A stretch of DNA of 64,000 bases from Candidatus Lindowbacteria bacterium RIFCSPLOWO2_12_FULL_62_27. GTDB lineage: Bacteria; Lindowbacteria; 2-12-FULL-62-27. Positions within the stretch are counted from its first letter, which is position 1, and every line of letters begins with the position of its first letter. Where the stretch lies: the NCBI GenBank assembly GCA_001784175.1, contig MFPR01000020.1, forward strand, positions 186,001 to 250,000, read 5' to 3'. Below are positions 47,004 through 57,187 of this stretch, one piece after another. The notes below the pieces were generated by a model. It searched no databases. It was not told the origin of the DNA and was given only the letters and a program-made list of their open reading frames with translations. A program made the translations under genes and the position numbers.

Positions 47004-47890
47004 GTGAAGCGTAATTCGGCGACGCGGGGGAGACCCGCGAGGTCCGGATGGAGGGCGGCCAGACGAAGCGGCGAATTCTCCAACAATCCGCCGGACTCCA
47101 GTGCCGCCGCGATCCGAGGGGACACTTCCAGGAACAACGCGCCGTCCGGCCGAATGTGGCGGGCGGCGGACCTGAAAATCCTACGATAAACCGTGAGGCC
47201 GTCCCCTTCGTCGGTCAGGGCCAATCTTGGCTCGAAGCGGCGGATGGCGGGCGGCAGGGCTTCAAATTCCTCCAAGGACAAATACGGCGGATTGGATACG
47301 ATCAGATCGAATCTGAGATCGGACGGAAACGGGAATAGGTTTCTGTGCAGGATGCGGACGCGGCCGAGAAGACCGAGGGCCGCGACGTTTTTCACGGCGA
47401 TTCGCGCCGCCGGCCCGGAGATTTCCGTCGCCGTGATCGAACACTCAGGGCGGGCGCGGGCCAGGGCCGCCGCGATGCATCCGGAGCCGGCGCCGATCTC
47501 ACACACTTGGATTTTAGATTTTAGATTTTTGATTTTAGATTGATGCGCAATCCATCGTGACGCCTGCTCGACCAGGTGTTCTGTTTCCGGTCTTGGGATC
47601 AGGACATGCTCGTCCACATAGAACGGGAGTGAAAAAAATTCCTTTTTGTTCAAGAGGTACGCGACCGGTTTGTGTCCCGCTCTCTGGCGGACCCGTTCGC
47701 GGAACGCCGAAATCTCGATGTCGGTGAGGCGGCGTTCCCTGCCGGCGAGGAGGCGTTCGCGGGGGAGGTCGAGCGTATGGGCGAGGATGAGTTCGGCGTC
47801 GAGGCGAGCGGTGTCGATACCGCGTTTTTTGAAGAAGTCCTCCGTGGTCGAGAGGATGGCACCGACGTTCCAGGATTCTTTCAAGATCAA
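46970..47890 (-). CDS. prmC: Release factor glutamine methyltransferase
   Basis: [40 protein letters not shown] start overlapping the prfA stop. Confidence 0.95.
   Translation of the reverse strand: MILKESWNVGAILSTTEDFFKKRGIDTARLDAELILAHTLDLPRERLLAGRERRLTDIEISAFRERVRQRAGHKPVAYLLNKKEFFSLPFYVDEHVLIPRPETEHLVEQASRWIAHQSKIKNLKSKIQVCEIGAGSGCIAAALARARPECSITATEISGPAARIAVKNVAALGLLGRVRILHRNLFPFPSDLRFDLIVSNPPYLSLEEFEALPPAIRRFEPRLALTDEGDGLTVYRRIFRSAARHIRPDGALFLEVSPRIAAALESGGLLENSPLRLAALHPDLAGLPRVAELRFTAPARHQTVSC
47510..47541. repeat. Heptamer tandem repeat (GATTTTA)n inside prmC
   Basis: GATTTTA GATTTTA GATTTTT GATTTTA GATT, translated [11 protein letters not shown]. Confidence 0.85.
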
Positions 47891-48957
47891 TCCTGATCCG
47901 CCCGGAGTCTGGCCGCGACATCGGCTTCCATGAGGGGGCGGATGAGTCCCTCGACATTTCCGTCGAGGATTTCGGTCAGGGCATGGAGGGTGACGTTGAC
48001 GCGGTGATCCGTGACGCGGTTCTGCGGAAAATTGTAGGTCCGGATGCGTTCGGACCGGTCCCCCGTTCCAACCATCTGGCGCCGGCTGGCGGCGCGTTCG
48101 GATTCGGTCCTCTGCCGTTCGAGGTCGTAGAGTCGCGCGCGGAGGACCTTGAGGGCGCGCGCCCGGTTTTTGTGCTGGGATTTTTCGTCCTGGCACGACA
48201 CGACCAGCCCGGTGGGCAGGTGTGTGACGCGGACCGCGGAGTCGGTGGTGTTGACGCTCTGTCCGCCGTGTCCGCTGGACCGGAAGACGTCGATGCGCAG
48301 GTCCTCCTCGCGAATTTTGACGTCGACCTCTTCGGCCTCGGGCAGCACGGCGACGCTGGCGGCCGAGGTATGGATCCGGCCGGAGGCCTCGGTGACCGGC
48401 ACGCGCTGGACGCGATGGACGCCGCTTTCATGTTTGAGGACGCTGTAAATTCCCTCGCCTGTAATCGCGATCACCGCTTCCTTCATCCCGCCGATCCCGG
48501 TGGAAGACAGGGAGAGGACTTCCGTGCGCCAGCCGCGCCGTTCGGCGTAGCGGGTGTACATGCGAAAGAGATCGGCCGCGAAGAGCGCGGCCTCCTCGCC
48601 TCCCGTGCCGGCGCGAATTTCGAGGATGACGTTTTTGGCGTCGTTGGGATCCCTGGGCAGGATGTCCGCGAGCAGGAATTTTTCCATGTCCGCGAGATCG
48701 GACTCCTTCAAAGCCAGTTCGGACCGGGCCAGTTCGGATATTTCGCGGTCGGTGGAGAGCATGATCTTCAAGTCCGCGATTTCCTTCCGCAAGAGGTCAA
48801 GCTGCCGGATGCGATTCACCAGCGGTTCCAGTCTGGAGAATTCGCGGCCGAGGTCCGCCATCCGGGAGGGATCGGCCGCTATCTGAGGTTGTGCGAGGAG
48901 ACGCTCCACCTCCGCGTACCGCACTTGAATCTTTCGAATACGATCCATCAGTGACAT
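47887..48957 (-). CDS. prfA: Peptide chain release factor 1
   Basis: [12 protein letters not shown] (PxT), [14 protein letters not shown]. Confidence 0.98.
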   Translation of the reverse strand: MSLMDRIRKIQVRYAEVERLLAQPQIAADPSRMADLGREFSRLEPLVNRIRQLDLLRKEIADLKIMLSTDREISELARSELALKESDLADMEKFLLADILPRDPNDAKNVILEIRAGTGGEEAALFAADLFRMYTRYAERRGWRTEVLSLSSTGIGGMKEAVIAITGEGIYSVLKHESGVHRVQRVPVTEASGRIHTSAASVAVLPEAEEVDVKIREEDLRIDVFRSSGHGGQSVNTTDSAVRVTHLPTGLVVSCQDEKSQHKNRARALKVLRARLYDLERQRTESERAASRRQMVGTGDRSERIRTYNFPQNRVTDHRVNVTLHALTEILDGNVEGLIRPLMEADVAARLRADQD

Positions 48958-49012
48958 GATGGCATACGCCCGTCAGAGAGAAAGGGAACCCGGGGGCGGG
49001 ATCGCCCGCGCC

Positions 49013-49228
49013 CTACGTTGAGGAAATCTGGTAGGTTTTGTAGCGGTTCAGAAACCGTTCAATGCGCCCGGCCGAGTCGACGAACTTGTGCTGGCCGGTA
49101 TAAAAAGGGTGGCAGCTCGAGCAGATTTCGATCCTCAGCTCCTTTTTGGTGGAGCGTGTGGTGAAGGTATTGCCGCAGTTACAAACGACCGTGCAGAGGT
49201 CATACACGGGATGAAGGTCCTTTTTCAT
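49013..49228 (-). CDS. rpmE: 50S ribosomal protein L31 (Zn-binding type)
   Basis: MKKDLHP..., [15 protein letters not shown]. Confidence 0.98.
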   Translation of the reverse strand: MKKDLHPVYDLCTVVCNCGNTFTTRSTKKELRIEICSSCHPFYTGQHKFVDSAGRIERFLNRYKTYQISST

Positions 49229-49237
49229 GGCGCGAAG

Positions 49238-49266
49238 AAGCTACGACGGGGGGCGGGGAAAGTCAA
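49238..49266 (-). promoter_or_regulatory. Putative sigma70 promoter of rpmE
   Basis: Minus strand TTGACT-17 nt-TAGCTT, 9 nt before ATG 49228. Confidence 0.5.
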
Positions 49267-49318
49267 GATGGGGGTGCCCCCTTTCATTAAGTCGTCCCTC
49301 CATATTAATATGGAGGGT

Positions 49319-50125
49319 ATGAGCAGCTTGGATGACAGCCGGTATCTCTGCCGGCTGGGCGTGAACGTCGATCATGTGGCGACGCTCCGGCAGAACCGGG
49401 GGACGCTGTATCCCGATCCTGTTGCCGCCGCGATGTCGGCGGAAGGCGCCGGGGCGCACCAGATCACGGTGCATCTGAGGGAGGACCGGCGGCATATTCA
49501 GGAGCGCGACGTGGAGATCCTTCACAAGATCGTGCAGACGCGTCTGAACCTCGAGATGGCGGCGACCGAGGAGATGGTCCGGAGGGCGATCCGTCTTCGG
49601 CCTGACCAGGCGACGCTGGTGCCTGAACGCCGGCAGGAACTCACCACGGAGGGCGGGCTGGATGTGTCCGGTCAGAAATCCCGGATGTCGCGCGTGGTCC
49701 GGCGCCTGACGCGGGCGGGGATTTCCGTTTCGATGTTTGTGGAGCCCGACCGGCGCCAGATCGAGTCGAGTGCCGATGTCGGCGCGTATTCGGTGGAGCT
49801 GCACACCGGCCGCTACGCGAACGCGCGTGGCCGGCGGCAGGCGATCCGCGAGTTTGACCGGCTGGGGGTTGCGGCGAGGGATGCGCGGAGCGCGGGACTG
49901 CGGGTCTATGCGGGCCATGGCCTGCATTATCAGAACACGCGGCCGGTGGCGGAGCTGCCGGAGATCGAGGAGCTGAACATCGGCCACAGCATTGTGTCCC
50001 GCGCGATCTTCGTCGGGATAGAATCGGCGGTCCGCGAGATGCTGGAGCTTTTGCGGCGGCACGCGCCGGCGCCGGCCGAGGCGCCGTTTCCGCCGACGTA
50101 CAAGGGAGGGACCATACACTCCTGA
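49319..50125 (+). CDS. pdxJ: Pyridoxine 5'-phosphate synthase
   Basis: [44 protein letters not shown]. Start ATG 49319 or TTG 49328. Confidence 0.97.
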   Translation: MSSLDDSRYLCRLGVNVDHVATLRQNRGTLYPDPVAAAMSAEGAGAHQITVHLREDRRHIQERDVEILHKIVQTRLNLEMAATEEMVRRAIRLRPDQATLVPERRQELTTEGGLDVSGQKSRMSRVVRRLTRAGISVSMFVEPDRRQIESSADVGAYSVELHTGRYANARGRRQAIREFDRLGVAARDARSAGLRVYAGHGLHYQNTRPVAELPEIEELNIGHSIVSRAIFVGIESAVREMLELLRRHAPAPAEAPFPPTYKGGTIHS

Positions 50126-50126
50126 T

Positions 50127-51971
50127 ATGTGTGGAATTGTCGGTTATACGGGAGATCGAATCGCGAAAGACGTCTTGTTCGAGGGTCTTCGGCGTCTTGA
50201 GTACCGGGGTTACGACTCGGCCGGGATTGCGCTGGTGGAGCGGAACGGCGCCGGCCGGCTGATGATCCAGAAGAAGGTCGGCAAGCTTTCGGTGCTCGAG
50301 GCGCATTGCCGGAACCTTAAGACGAGCGCGACCACCGGGATCGGCCATACCCGCTGGGCGACCCACGGCGGCGTGACGGTCGCGAACGCCCATCCCCACC
50401 CGGACTGCGCGGGCCGGATCGCGGTCGTGCACAACGGGATCATCGAGAACCATGAGCGCCTGCGCGCGGACCTCCGTCGGCGCGGCCACAAATTCAAATC
50501 CGAAACCGACACCGAGATCATCGTGCACCTCATTGAGGAGAATCTGAAAAAAGGCCTTCTGGTGGCGACTCGGCTGGCCGCGCAGAAACTCGAGGGCGCC
50601 TACGCGATCGTCGTAGCCGAGCGAAACGGCGGGATGCTTGTGGCCGCGCGGATGGGCGCGCCGCTCGTGGTGGGTCTGGGCGAGCGGGGCCGCGAGAATT
50701 TCGTCGCCTCGGACATTCCGCCGCTTCTGCCGTTCACGCGGTCGGTGCTGTTTCTGGACGAGGAGGAAGTGGCGGAGGTGACGCCGTCCGGCGTGCGGGT
50801 GTTTCTCCTGGACGGCCGCGCGCGAAAGAAGGCGGTGCAGAAAATCACATGGGACTTTGTCGCCGCCGAGCGCGGCGGCCACAAGCATTTCATGCTGAAG
50901 GAAATTTACGAGCAGCCCGAAGCCGTCGCCAAGGCGGTGGGGACGTACGTCCAGAAGGGCCGGATCGTGTTTCCCGAAGTCGACGGGGTGAGCGGCTGGC
51001 TGGCGGAGGCGCCGCCGAGCCGCGTGACGTTCCTGGCCTGCGGGACCAGTTTCCACGCCGCGATGGTCGCGAAATACGCGATGGAGCAATGGATCAAGGT
51101 TCCGGTTGAAACCGACGTCGCGTCGGAACTGCGGTACCGGCACGCCGTGTTGACCGACCGGGAGCTATTGGTGGCTGTAAGCCAGAGCGGCGAGACCGCC
51201 GACACGCTGGCGGCGGTGAAGCGGTTTCGAAAGAGGAGCCGGAAGGTGGTGACGATCTGCAACGTCGTCGGCAGCACGCTGACGCGCATTTCCGACGGCG
51301 TGATCTACACGCTGGCCGGCCCGGAAATCGGCGTGGCCGCGACCAAGACTTTCATCACGCAGCTTGTCTGCCTCACGCTTTTGACGCTCGACCTCGGCGC
51401 GCGTCTTCGCCGGATCGCGCCGGCGGAGTTGCGGCGGAAACTGCGCGCGTTTGAGGCGCTGGGCGCTGTCCTGCAGAAAACCATCGATATGGCCAAACCT
51501 GCGATCGCCCGGATTGCGCAGGCCGAATGCAAAAAAAATGATTTTCTCTATCTGGGCCGGGGCGCCAATTTTCCGATCGCGCTGGAGGGCGCGCTGAAGC
51601 TCAAGGAAATCTCGTACATCCACGCCGAAGGGTATGCGGCGGGCGAGATGAAGCACGGGCCGATCGCGCTGATCAACGACGAGATGCCCGTCCTGGCGAT
51701 CGCCACCGCCGACGACGTGTACGCCAAGACGCTGTCGAACATGCAGGAGGTCAAGGCCCGCGGCGGGATTCTCATCGGCCTTGCGCACGAGGGCGACCCC
51801 AAAGTCAGCAAGATGTGCCGGTATGTGATCGAGGTTCCGAAAGTCGACCCGCTTCTTCAGCCGATCGTCAACGTCATCCCGCTGCAGCTTCTGGCGTACA
51901 CCATCGCCGACCTGCGCGGCTGCGACATCGACACGCCGAGGAACCTGGCCAAGTCGGTTACGGTGGAGTAA
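50127..51971 (+). CDS. glmS: Glutamine--fructose-6-phosphate transaminase
   Basis: MCGIVG, LEYRGYDSAG, GHTRWATHG, SQSGET, PRNLAKSVTVE. Confidence 0.99.
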   Translation: MCGIVGYTGDRIAKDVLFEGLRRLEYRGYDSAGIALVERNGAGRLMIQKKVGKLSVLEAHCRNLKTSATTGIGHTRWATHGGVTVANAHPHPDCAGRIAVVHNGIIENHERLRADLRRRGHKFKSETDTEIIVHLIEENLKKGLLVATRLAAQKLEGAYAIVVAERNGGMLVAARMGAPLVVGLGERGRENFVASDIPPLLPFTRSVLFLDEEEVAEVTPSGVRVFLLDGRARKKAVQKITWDFVAAERGGHKHFMLKEIYEQPEAVAKAVGTYVQKGRIVFPEVDGVSGWLAEAPPSRVTFLACGTSFHAAMVAKYAMEQWIKVPVETDVASELRYRHAVLTDRELLVAVSQSGETADTLAAVKRFRKRSRKVVTICNVVGSTLTRISDGVIYTLAGPEIGVAATKTFITQLVCLTLLTLDLGARLRRIAPAELRRKLRAFEALGAVLQKTIDMAKPAIARIAQAECKKNDFLYLGRGANFPIALEGALKLKEISYIHAEGYAAGEMKHGPIALINDEMPVLAIATADDVYAKTLSNMQEVKARGGILIGLAHEGDPKVSKMCRYVIEVPKVDPLLQPIVNVIPLQLLAYTIADLRGCDIDTPRNLAKSVTVE

Positions 51972-51975
51972 TCGC

Positions 51976-53358
51976 ATGAACGATCCGATCGCCGCGATCG
52001 CGACGTCGACGGCGACCGACGCGGCCCTCGCCGTGATCCGGATGTCGGGCGAGCGGTGCCATGCGCTCCTGTCGGCCTGTTTGCGGAAAAAAGGCGCGCC
52101 GGTCGATCTCGCCCGGTGGCCGGTCCGGCGTGTGAAGCTCTGCGAGTTTGTTGATCCAACCGTCGGCCAGCTTCTTGATCTCGTAACGGTGATTCTGTAC
52201 CGGGCGCCCGGCTCGTATACCGGCGAGGACAGCGCCGAGCTGATCTGTCACGGCGGCCGGGGGCTGACCCGTCAGATTTACCGCGCGCTTCTGCGCGCCG
52301 GATTCTCCCCTGCGTTGGGCGGGGACTTCACGCGCCGCGCGTTTTTGAACGGCAAGATGGACCTCACGCAGGCGGAATCGGTGTCGGCCGCCACACAGGC
52401 GGGGTATGCGCTTGCCGCCCGTGCGGCGGCGTCGGGCCTGTCGGGGGAAACCTCGGCGCGCATTCAATCGATGGCGAACCGGCTCGTGGACATCCTGTCG
52501 CTTTTGGAGGCGAACCTCGACCTGACGGAGGAGGGCATCAACGTGGTGGATCCGTCGCGCATCCTGTCCACGCTGAATGAATGCCGGGACTCGCTGGCGG
52601 AGCTTCTGCGTCATGCCGAGCGTTCCGCGCTTCTTTCGGGGGCGCTTCGAGTCGCGCTGATCGGAAAGCCCAATGTCGGCAAATCGACTTTGCTGAACCG
52701 TCTTCTGGGATCGGACCGCGCGATCGTTTCGCCCGATCCGGGCACGACGCGGGACGTGGTTGAGGGCCGTGCGGAGATCGGCGAGATGCTGTTTGAATTT
52801 GTGGACACGGCGGGCATCCGGCAAGCAAGCGGGGAGATCGAATCCGAGGGCATCCAACGGAGCCGCCACGCGGCGTCGGGCGCGCATCTGGTCCTGTTCG
52901 TCCTGGACGCCTCGTCGATCGGCGCGGAGGATCATGCCATCGCCGCGGATCTGCCGCCTGCCGTACCGCGCCTGACCGTATTGAACAAGACAGATATTGC
53001 AACTGATGCGAGGATTCCGGGAAACGGATTTTCCGGCGCGCCCGTGGTCCGGACCGTCGGCACGGCGCCGGAGGGTGTCCGCGACCTTTTCGTGGCGTTG
53101 GAGGAACAGGGGCGGAATCTTCTGGGAGGTCTGTCCGACGCGCCGGTCTGGATCAGCGAGCGCCAGTCGGAATGTCTTCGCCGCGCGCAGGCCTCTGTCG
53201 ACCGCGCGTTGTCTGCGATGGAGGAGGGCGGGCTGACGGAGGAATTTGTCTCGGCGGACATCCGGGAGGCCCTGGCCGCGCTGGCGGACTTTGCGGGGCG
53301 GAAGACGCCGGACGATGTTCTCAATCGGATTTTTTCAAAATTTTGTGTTGGCAAATAG
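51976..53358 (+). CDS. mnmE: tRNA modification GTPase MnmE
   Basis: IAAIAT, SYTGED, GKPNVGKS, GTTRD, DTAG, NKTD, FSKFCVGK. Confidence 0.98.
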   Translation: MNDPIAAIATSTATDAALAVIRMSGERCHALLSACLRKKGAPVDLARWPVRRVKLCEFVDPTVGQLLDLVTVILYRAPGSYTGEDSAELICHGGRGLTRQIYRALLRAGFSPALGGDFTRRAFLNGKMDLTQAESVSAATQAGYALAARAAASGLSGETSARIQSMANRLVDILSLLEANLDLTEEGINVVDPSRILSTLNECRDSLAELLRHAERSALLSGALRVALIGKPNVGKSTLLNRLLGSDRAIVSPDPGTTRDVVEGRAEIGEMLFEFVDTAGIRQASGEIESEGIQRSRHAASGAHLVLFVLDASSIGAEDHAIAADLPPAVPRLTVLNKTDIATDARIPGNGFSGAPVVRTVGTAPEGVRDLFVALEEQGRNLLGGLSDAPVWISERQSECLRRAQASVDRALSAMEEGGLTEEFVSADIREALAALADFAGRKTPDDVLNRIFSKFCVGK

Positions 53359-53359
53359 C

Positions 53360-55195
53360 ATGAATTACGACGTGATCGTCGTCGGCGCCGGGCATGCCGG
53401 GATGGAGGCGGCGGCCGCGTGCGCGCGTATGGGGCTGAACACGCTCATGGTCACCCTGCGCAAGGAGGAGATCGGTCAGATGTCGTGCAACCCGGCCATC
53501 GGCGGGTTGGCCAAGGGGCAGCTTGCGCGGGAGGTCGACGCGCTGGGCGGGCTGATGGGCCGGCTGACCGACGAGGCCGGCATCCAGTTCCGGATGCTGA
53601 ACACCAGCAAAGGGCCGGCGGTACGGTCGCCGCGCGCGCAATGTGATCGGAAGGGCTACAAGGCGGCCGCGCGGCGTGTGCTGGAATCGATTCCGAATCT
53701 GACGATTCTCGAAGATGAGGCGGTCGAGATTAAGGGGGGAAAAAGTATTACGGGATTGAGATGCAAAGGGGCCGGGGAGATTGCGTGCAAGGCTGTGATT
53801 CTGACCACCGGCACGTTTTTGCAGGGGCTCATGCATTTCGGTCTGGAGACCAAGGTCGGCGGCCGGATGGGATCGCCCGCCGCATATCCGCTGTCCGACA
53901 ACCTCCGCGCGCTGGGCGTGGACTTGGGCCGGCTCAAGACCGGAACGCCGCCGAGGCTGGACGGGACGACCGTCGATTTCTCGGCGTTTGAGCCGCAGGG
54001 CGGGGACGATCCGCCGCCGCGTTTCAGTTTTTGGGCCGGGATCGAGCCGCGCAACCGCGCGGCGTGTCATCTCGGACACACGAACGACCGCACGCACGAG
54101 ATCATTCGCGCGAGTCTTGACCGCTCGCCCCTCTACACCGGCCGGATCAAATCGCGGGGTCCCAGGTACTGCCCGAGCATCGAGGACAAGGTCGTGAAAT
54201 TTTCGCATCACCCGCGGCACTACGTCATCCTGGAGCCCGAGGGGCTCGACACGACGGAACTCTACGCGAACGGCATCGCGACGTCGCTTCCGGCCGACTG
54301 CCAGCTCGACTTTGTCCGGACGATCCGTGGGCTGGAGCGTGTGGAGATCACGAAATTCGGCTATTCGGTCGAGTACGACTATGTCCCGCCGCACGAGATT
54401 TGGCCGACGCTCGAGTGCCGGAAAATCGAAGGACTGTATTTCGCCGGCCAGATCAACGGCACGAGCGGCTATGAAGAGGCGGCGGCGCTGGGAATCGCGG
54501 CGGGGATCAACGCCGGCGCGAAGCTGAAGGGCCTGCCGCCCGTCGTCTTTTCGCGAGATCAGGCCTACCTCGGCGTCCTGATCGATGATCTCGCCACGAA
54601 AGACACGAGCGAGCCTTACCGCATGTTCACGAGCCGCGCCGAGTACCGGCTTCTCTTGCGGCAGGACAACGCGCACCTGCGCCTGTGGCGGATCGCCCGG
54701 CAGTACGGGCTACTTCCGCCGGACGTGCTGGAGCGATTCGAGGCTGAGGAGAGGAAACGGGACGAGATTCTGGAGGGACTGCGCAGCGTTCGTTTGCAGG
54801 TGACGGCCGAATTGAAGCGGCTCTGCGAGCAACGCGCCACCGCCGTGCCGCAGACGTCGGTCACCGCGGAGGAACTGCTCCGGCGTCCCCTGGTGAGATA
54901 CGCTGATCTTGGAGAGGGGGTACCCCTAATCTCCGACTCAGTGATCCAGCAGGTCGAAATCGAGGTCAAGTACGCGGGCTACATCCGGCGCCAGCGCGAG
55001 GCCGTCGACCGGGGACGGCGGCAGGAAGAGAAACATATTCCGGTGGGCTTCGAGTACGAGGCCGTGCCGAATCTCACGAACGAAGCCCGTGAAAAGCTCA
55101 ACAAATTCCGGCCCGCCACGCTGGGCCAGGCGGCCCGACTGTCCGGCGTCTCGCCGGCCGACATTCAGAGTCTGCTTATATTTCTGGTTTCGTGA
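53360..55195 (+). CDS. mnmG: tRNA uridine-5-carboxymethylaminomethyl modification enzyme MnmG
   Basis: VGAGHAG.EAA, MSCNPAIGG, RLKTGTPPR, PRYCPSIE, GQINGTSGYEEA. Confidence 0.98.
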   Translation: MNYDVIVVGAGHAGMEAAAACARMGLNTLMVTLRKEEIGQMSCNPAIGGLAKGQLAREVDALGGLMGRLTDEAGIQFRMLNTSKGPAVRSPRAQCDRKGYKAAARRVLESIPNLTILEDEAVEIKGGKSITGLRCKGAGEIACKAVILTTGTFLQGLMHFGLETKVGGRMGSPAAYPLSDNLRALGVDLGRLKTGTPPRLDGTTVDFSAFEPQGGDDPPPRFSFWAGIEPRNRAACHLGHTNDRTHEIIRASLDRSPLYTGRIKSRGPRYCPSIEDKVVKFSHHPRHYVILEPEGLDTTELYANGIATSLPADCQLDFVRTIRGLERVEITKFGYSVEYDYVPPHEIWPTLECRKIEGLYFAGQINGTSGYEEAAALGIAAGINAGAKLKGLPPVVFSRDQAYLGVLIDDLATKDTSEPYRMFTSRAEYRLLLRQDNAHLRLWRIARQYGLLPPDVLERFEAEERKRDEILEGLRSVRLQVTAELKRLCEQRATAVPQTSVTAEELLRRPLVRYADLGEGVPLISDSVIQQVEIEVKYAGYIRRQREAVDRGRRQEEKHIPVGFEYEAVPNLTNEAREKLNKFRPATLGQAARLSGVSPADIQSLLIFLVS

Positions 55196-55796
55196 CGACC
55201 GGCGGCAACTCCCAGGCCGCCTGAACTTCCCTATAGACCGGTTCCGGAAGCTGGACGAGGACCGGTTTCGCGCCGGGGTCGATCCATTTGAGGATGTATT
55301 CGACGTCGTTCAGGGCCAACGCGGTGCATCCGGACGTTCCGGTTTTTCCGTCTTTCCAGACATGGATGAAAATACAGCTTCCTCCGGAGGGAACCGCCGG
55401 CGCATCGTTGTGCCGGACCACGATGACCCGCCGGTAGAGGTCGTCCGTGCGCACCATGGGTTCGGCCGATCGCCAGTCGCGGTCGGAGCTGTCGGTCACG
55501 ATCTCATTGTAGTGGCGTGAGACCGGGTCATCGACACACAAGAGTTTGGCAACCGACGGCCGGTAGGGCCAACGCGATCCCCTCGGCGGCGCGGGATCGT
55601 ATCCGTACGCGGCGCCCAGCGAGAAGACGCCGGCGGGGCTTCGCATGTCGCCCTCCGCCTTCTGCGGTTTCTCGCGGACTTCGGGATGGAGGCCGATGCC
55701 CCAAGCCATGCCTTTTTCGCCGAGGACCGCCTGCATTTCCTTTTTCAGGCGCCAAGCCTCACCGGTTTTGTCATAGAGGAAAACGCGCGCGTCCAT
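55176..55796 (-). CDS. L,D-transpeptidase-like (YkuD-related) protein
   Basis: K.EGD.RSPAG.F, CVDDP.S..YN, GSCIFIH, TSGCTA; homology-like sequence continues upstream to about 55850. Confidence 0.8.
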   Translation of the reverse strand: MDARVFLYDKTGEAWRLKKEMQAVLGEKGMAWGIGLHPEVREKPQKAEGDMRSPAGVFSLGAAYGYDPAPPRGSRWPYRPSVAKLLCVDDPVSRHYNEIVTDSSDRDWRSAEPMVRTDDLYRRVIVVRHNDAPAVPSGGSCIFIHVWKDGKTGTSGCTALALNDVEYILKWIDPGAKPVLVQLPEPVYREVQAAWELPPVVTKPEI

Positions 55797-55861
55797 GGAA
55801 ACCCATGACCGGCTTGCTACGACGATGAACTGCCGGCTGTTTTTGGAAATCGTTTCCGTTC

Positions 55862-57073
55862 TTAGCGCCAGCGCCAGACTTCGAGCAGTTCGCCCGGCTG
55901 GACGGAGAGGCGGCCTTCGGGCAGGACAATGAGGCTGTTGGAGCCGTAGAGAGACGTCACGAGATGGGATTCCTGCGGCCCGGTGGTCCGGACGACCGTC
56001 TTGCCGTTGTCGGCCTGGACGCGGCCGCGCAGGAAGTTGGTGAAGCGTGGATTGCCGCCGATGGGTTCGGAGGCTTCGGCGAATTCGCGGGGCAAATCGA
56101 GGGCCCGAAATCCGGCCATGCCCAGGACGAAGGGCCGGACGTAGAGGAGGAAGGTCACAAAGGTGGAGACGGGGTTCCCGGGCAGCGCAAACAAGAAGTC
56201 GTTGCCCTTGCGGGCGAAGAGAATCGGCTTTCCGGGTTTCTGGCGGACTTTGTAAAACAGCGCCTTCATCTTAAGCCGCTTCTCCACCACCGTCTTCACA
56301 AAATCGTACTGCCCGGCCGACACGCCGGCGGAGGTGACGACCACGTGGCATTTGCCGAAGGCGGAGCGGATGGCGGAAGCGATCTGGCGTGGATTGTCCT
56401 TGACGATGCCGAAATTCCGGCATGGGATGCGGTAGTGTTCGAGGAGCGCAGCCATGATGTGGGTATTGACGTTCCGGACCTTCCCTTTCATCAACTTGTG
56501 GCCCGGTTCGACCAGCTCGTCGCCGCTGGTGAGGAGGCCGACGACAGGTTTTTCGAAGACAGGAATTTTTTGCGCGCCCGCCAGATGCGCCAGCGCGATC
56601 TCGGCCGGACCGAGGCGGTCTCCTTGCCGCAGCACCACGGCGCCCCGGCGGATGTCTTCGCCGGCCCGGCGAATGTTGTCACCGCGAAGCCTGGGCGGAC
56701 GGTATACGTACACGGTATTCTGCTCTTCCCGCGTTTCCTCCACCGGCACGACCACATCCGCCCCTTTGGGGATGGGCGCGCCGGTTGTGATCCTCATCGC
56801 CTCGCCGGCGGAAACCCGCCGGCTGGGGACCTGCCCGGCCCGCACGGAACCGACGATTTTAAGCTTGGTCGGCTCCTCGCCCTTTCCGGCCACATCGTCG
56901 TACAGGATGGCGAATCCGTCCAGGGCGGAATTGTCCATGGTCGGAATATCGCTGTCTCCTTTGACGTCCGCCGCCACGCAGGAGTACATGGCCTTGGAAA
57001 CAGGTATCCGGACAGGCTTGGGCTTTGGGATGTTCGCTTTGAGAACCTCTTGAGCTTCCTGGAAACTAACCAT
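55862..57073 (-). CDS. moeA: Molybdopterin molybdotransferase
   Basis: SALDGFA, RITTGAPIP.GAD.VV..E, SGDEL, QKPGKP, LPGNPVS. Confidence 0.96.
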   Translation of the reverse strand: MVSFQEAQEVLKANIPKPKPVRIPVSKAMYSCVAADVKGDSDIPTMDNSALDGFAILYDDVAGKGEEPTKLKIVGSVRAGQVPSRRVSAGEAMRITTGAPIPKGADVVVPVEETREEQNTVYVYRPPRLRGDNIRRAGEDIRRGAVVLRQGDRLGPAEIALAHLAGAQKIPVFEKPVVGLLTSGDELVEPGHKLMKGKVRNVNTHIMAALLEHYRIPCRNFGIVKDNPRQIASAIRSAFGKCHVVVTSAGVSAGQYDFVKTVVEKRLKMKALFYKVRQKPGKPILFARKGNDFLFALPGNPVSTFVTFLLYVRPFVLGMAGFRALDLPREFAEASEPIGGNPRFTNFLRGRVQADNGKTVVRTTGPQESHLVTSLYGSNSLIVLPEGRLSVQPGELLEVWRWR

Positions 57074-57187
57074 TTAAGTCAAATAGCGCCCGTGAGATAG
57101 CACAAATGTTCCATAAATTAAGGGGGATCATATCAGATTTTTTGGAAAAATCAAGGGGAGTGTCCGCACGGCCGAAAAATAGAGCAT

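Noticed and set aside
46469-47183. Diversity-generating retroelement TR/VR pair
   Set aside because: Mismatches are not confined to adenines on either strand, are mostly synonymous, and no reverse transcriptase is present.
51940-51990. Tn7 insertion at the glmS attachment site
   Set aside because: mnmE starts 5 bp after the glmS stop; no Tn7 ends or tns genes.
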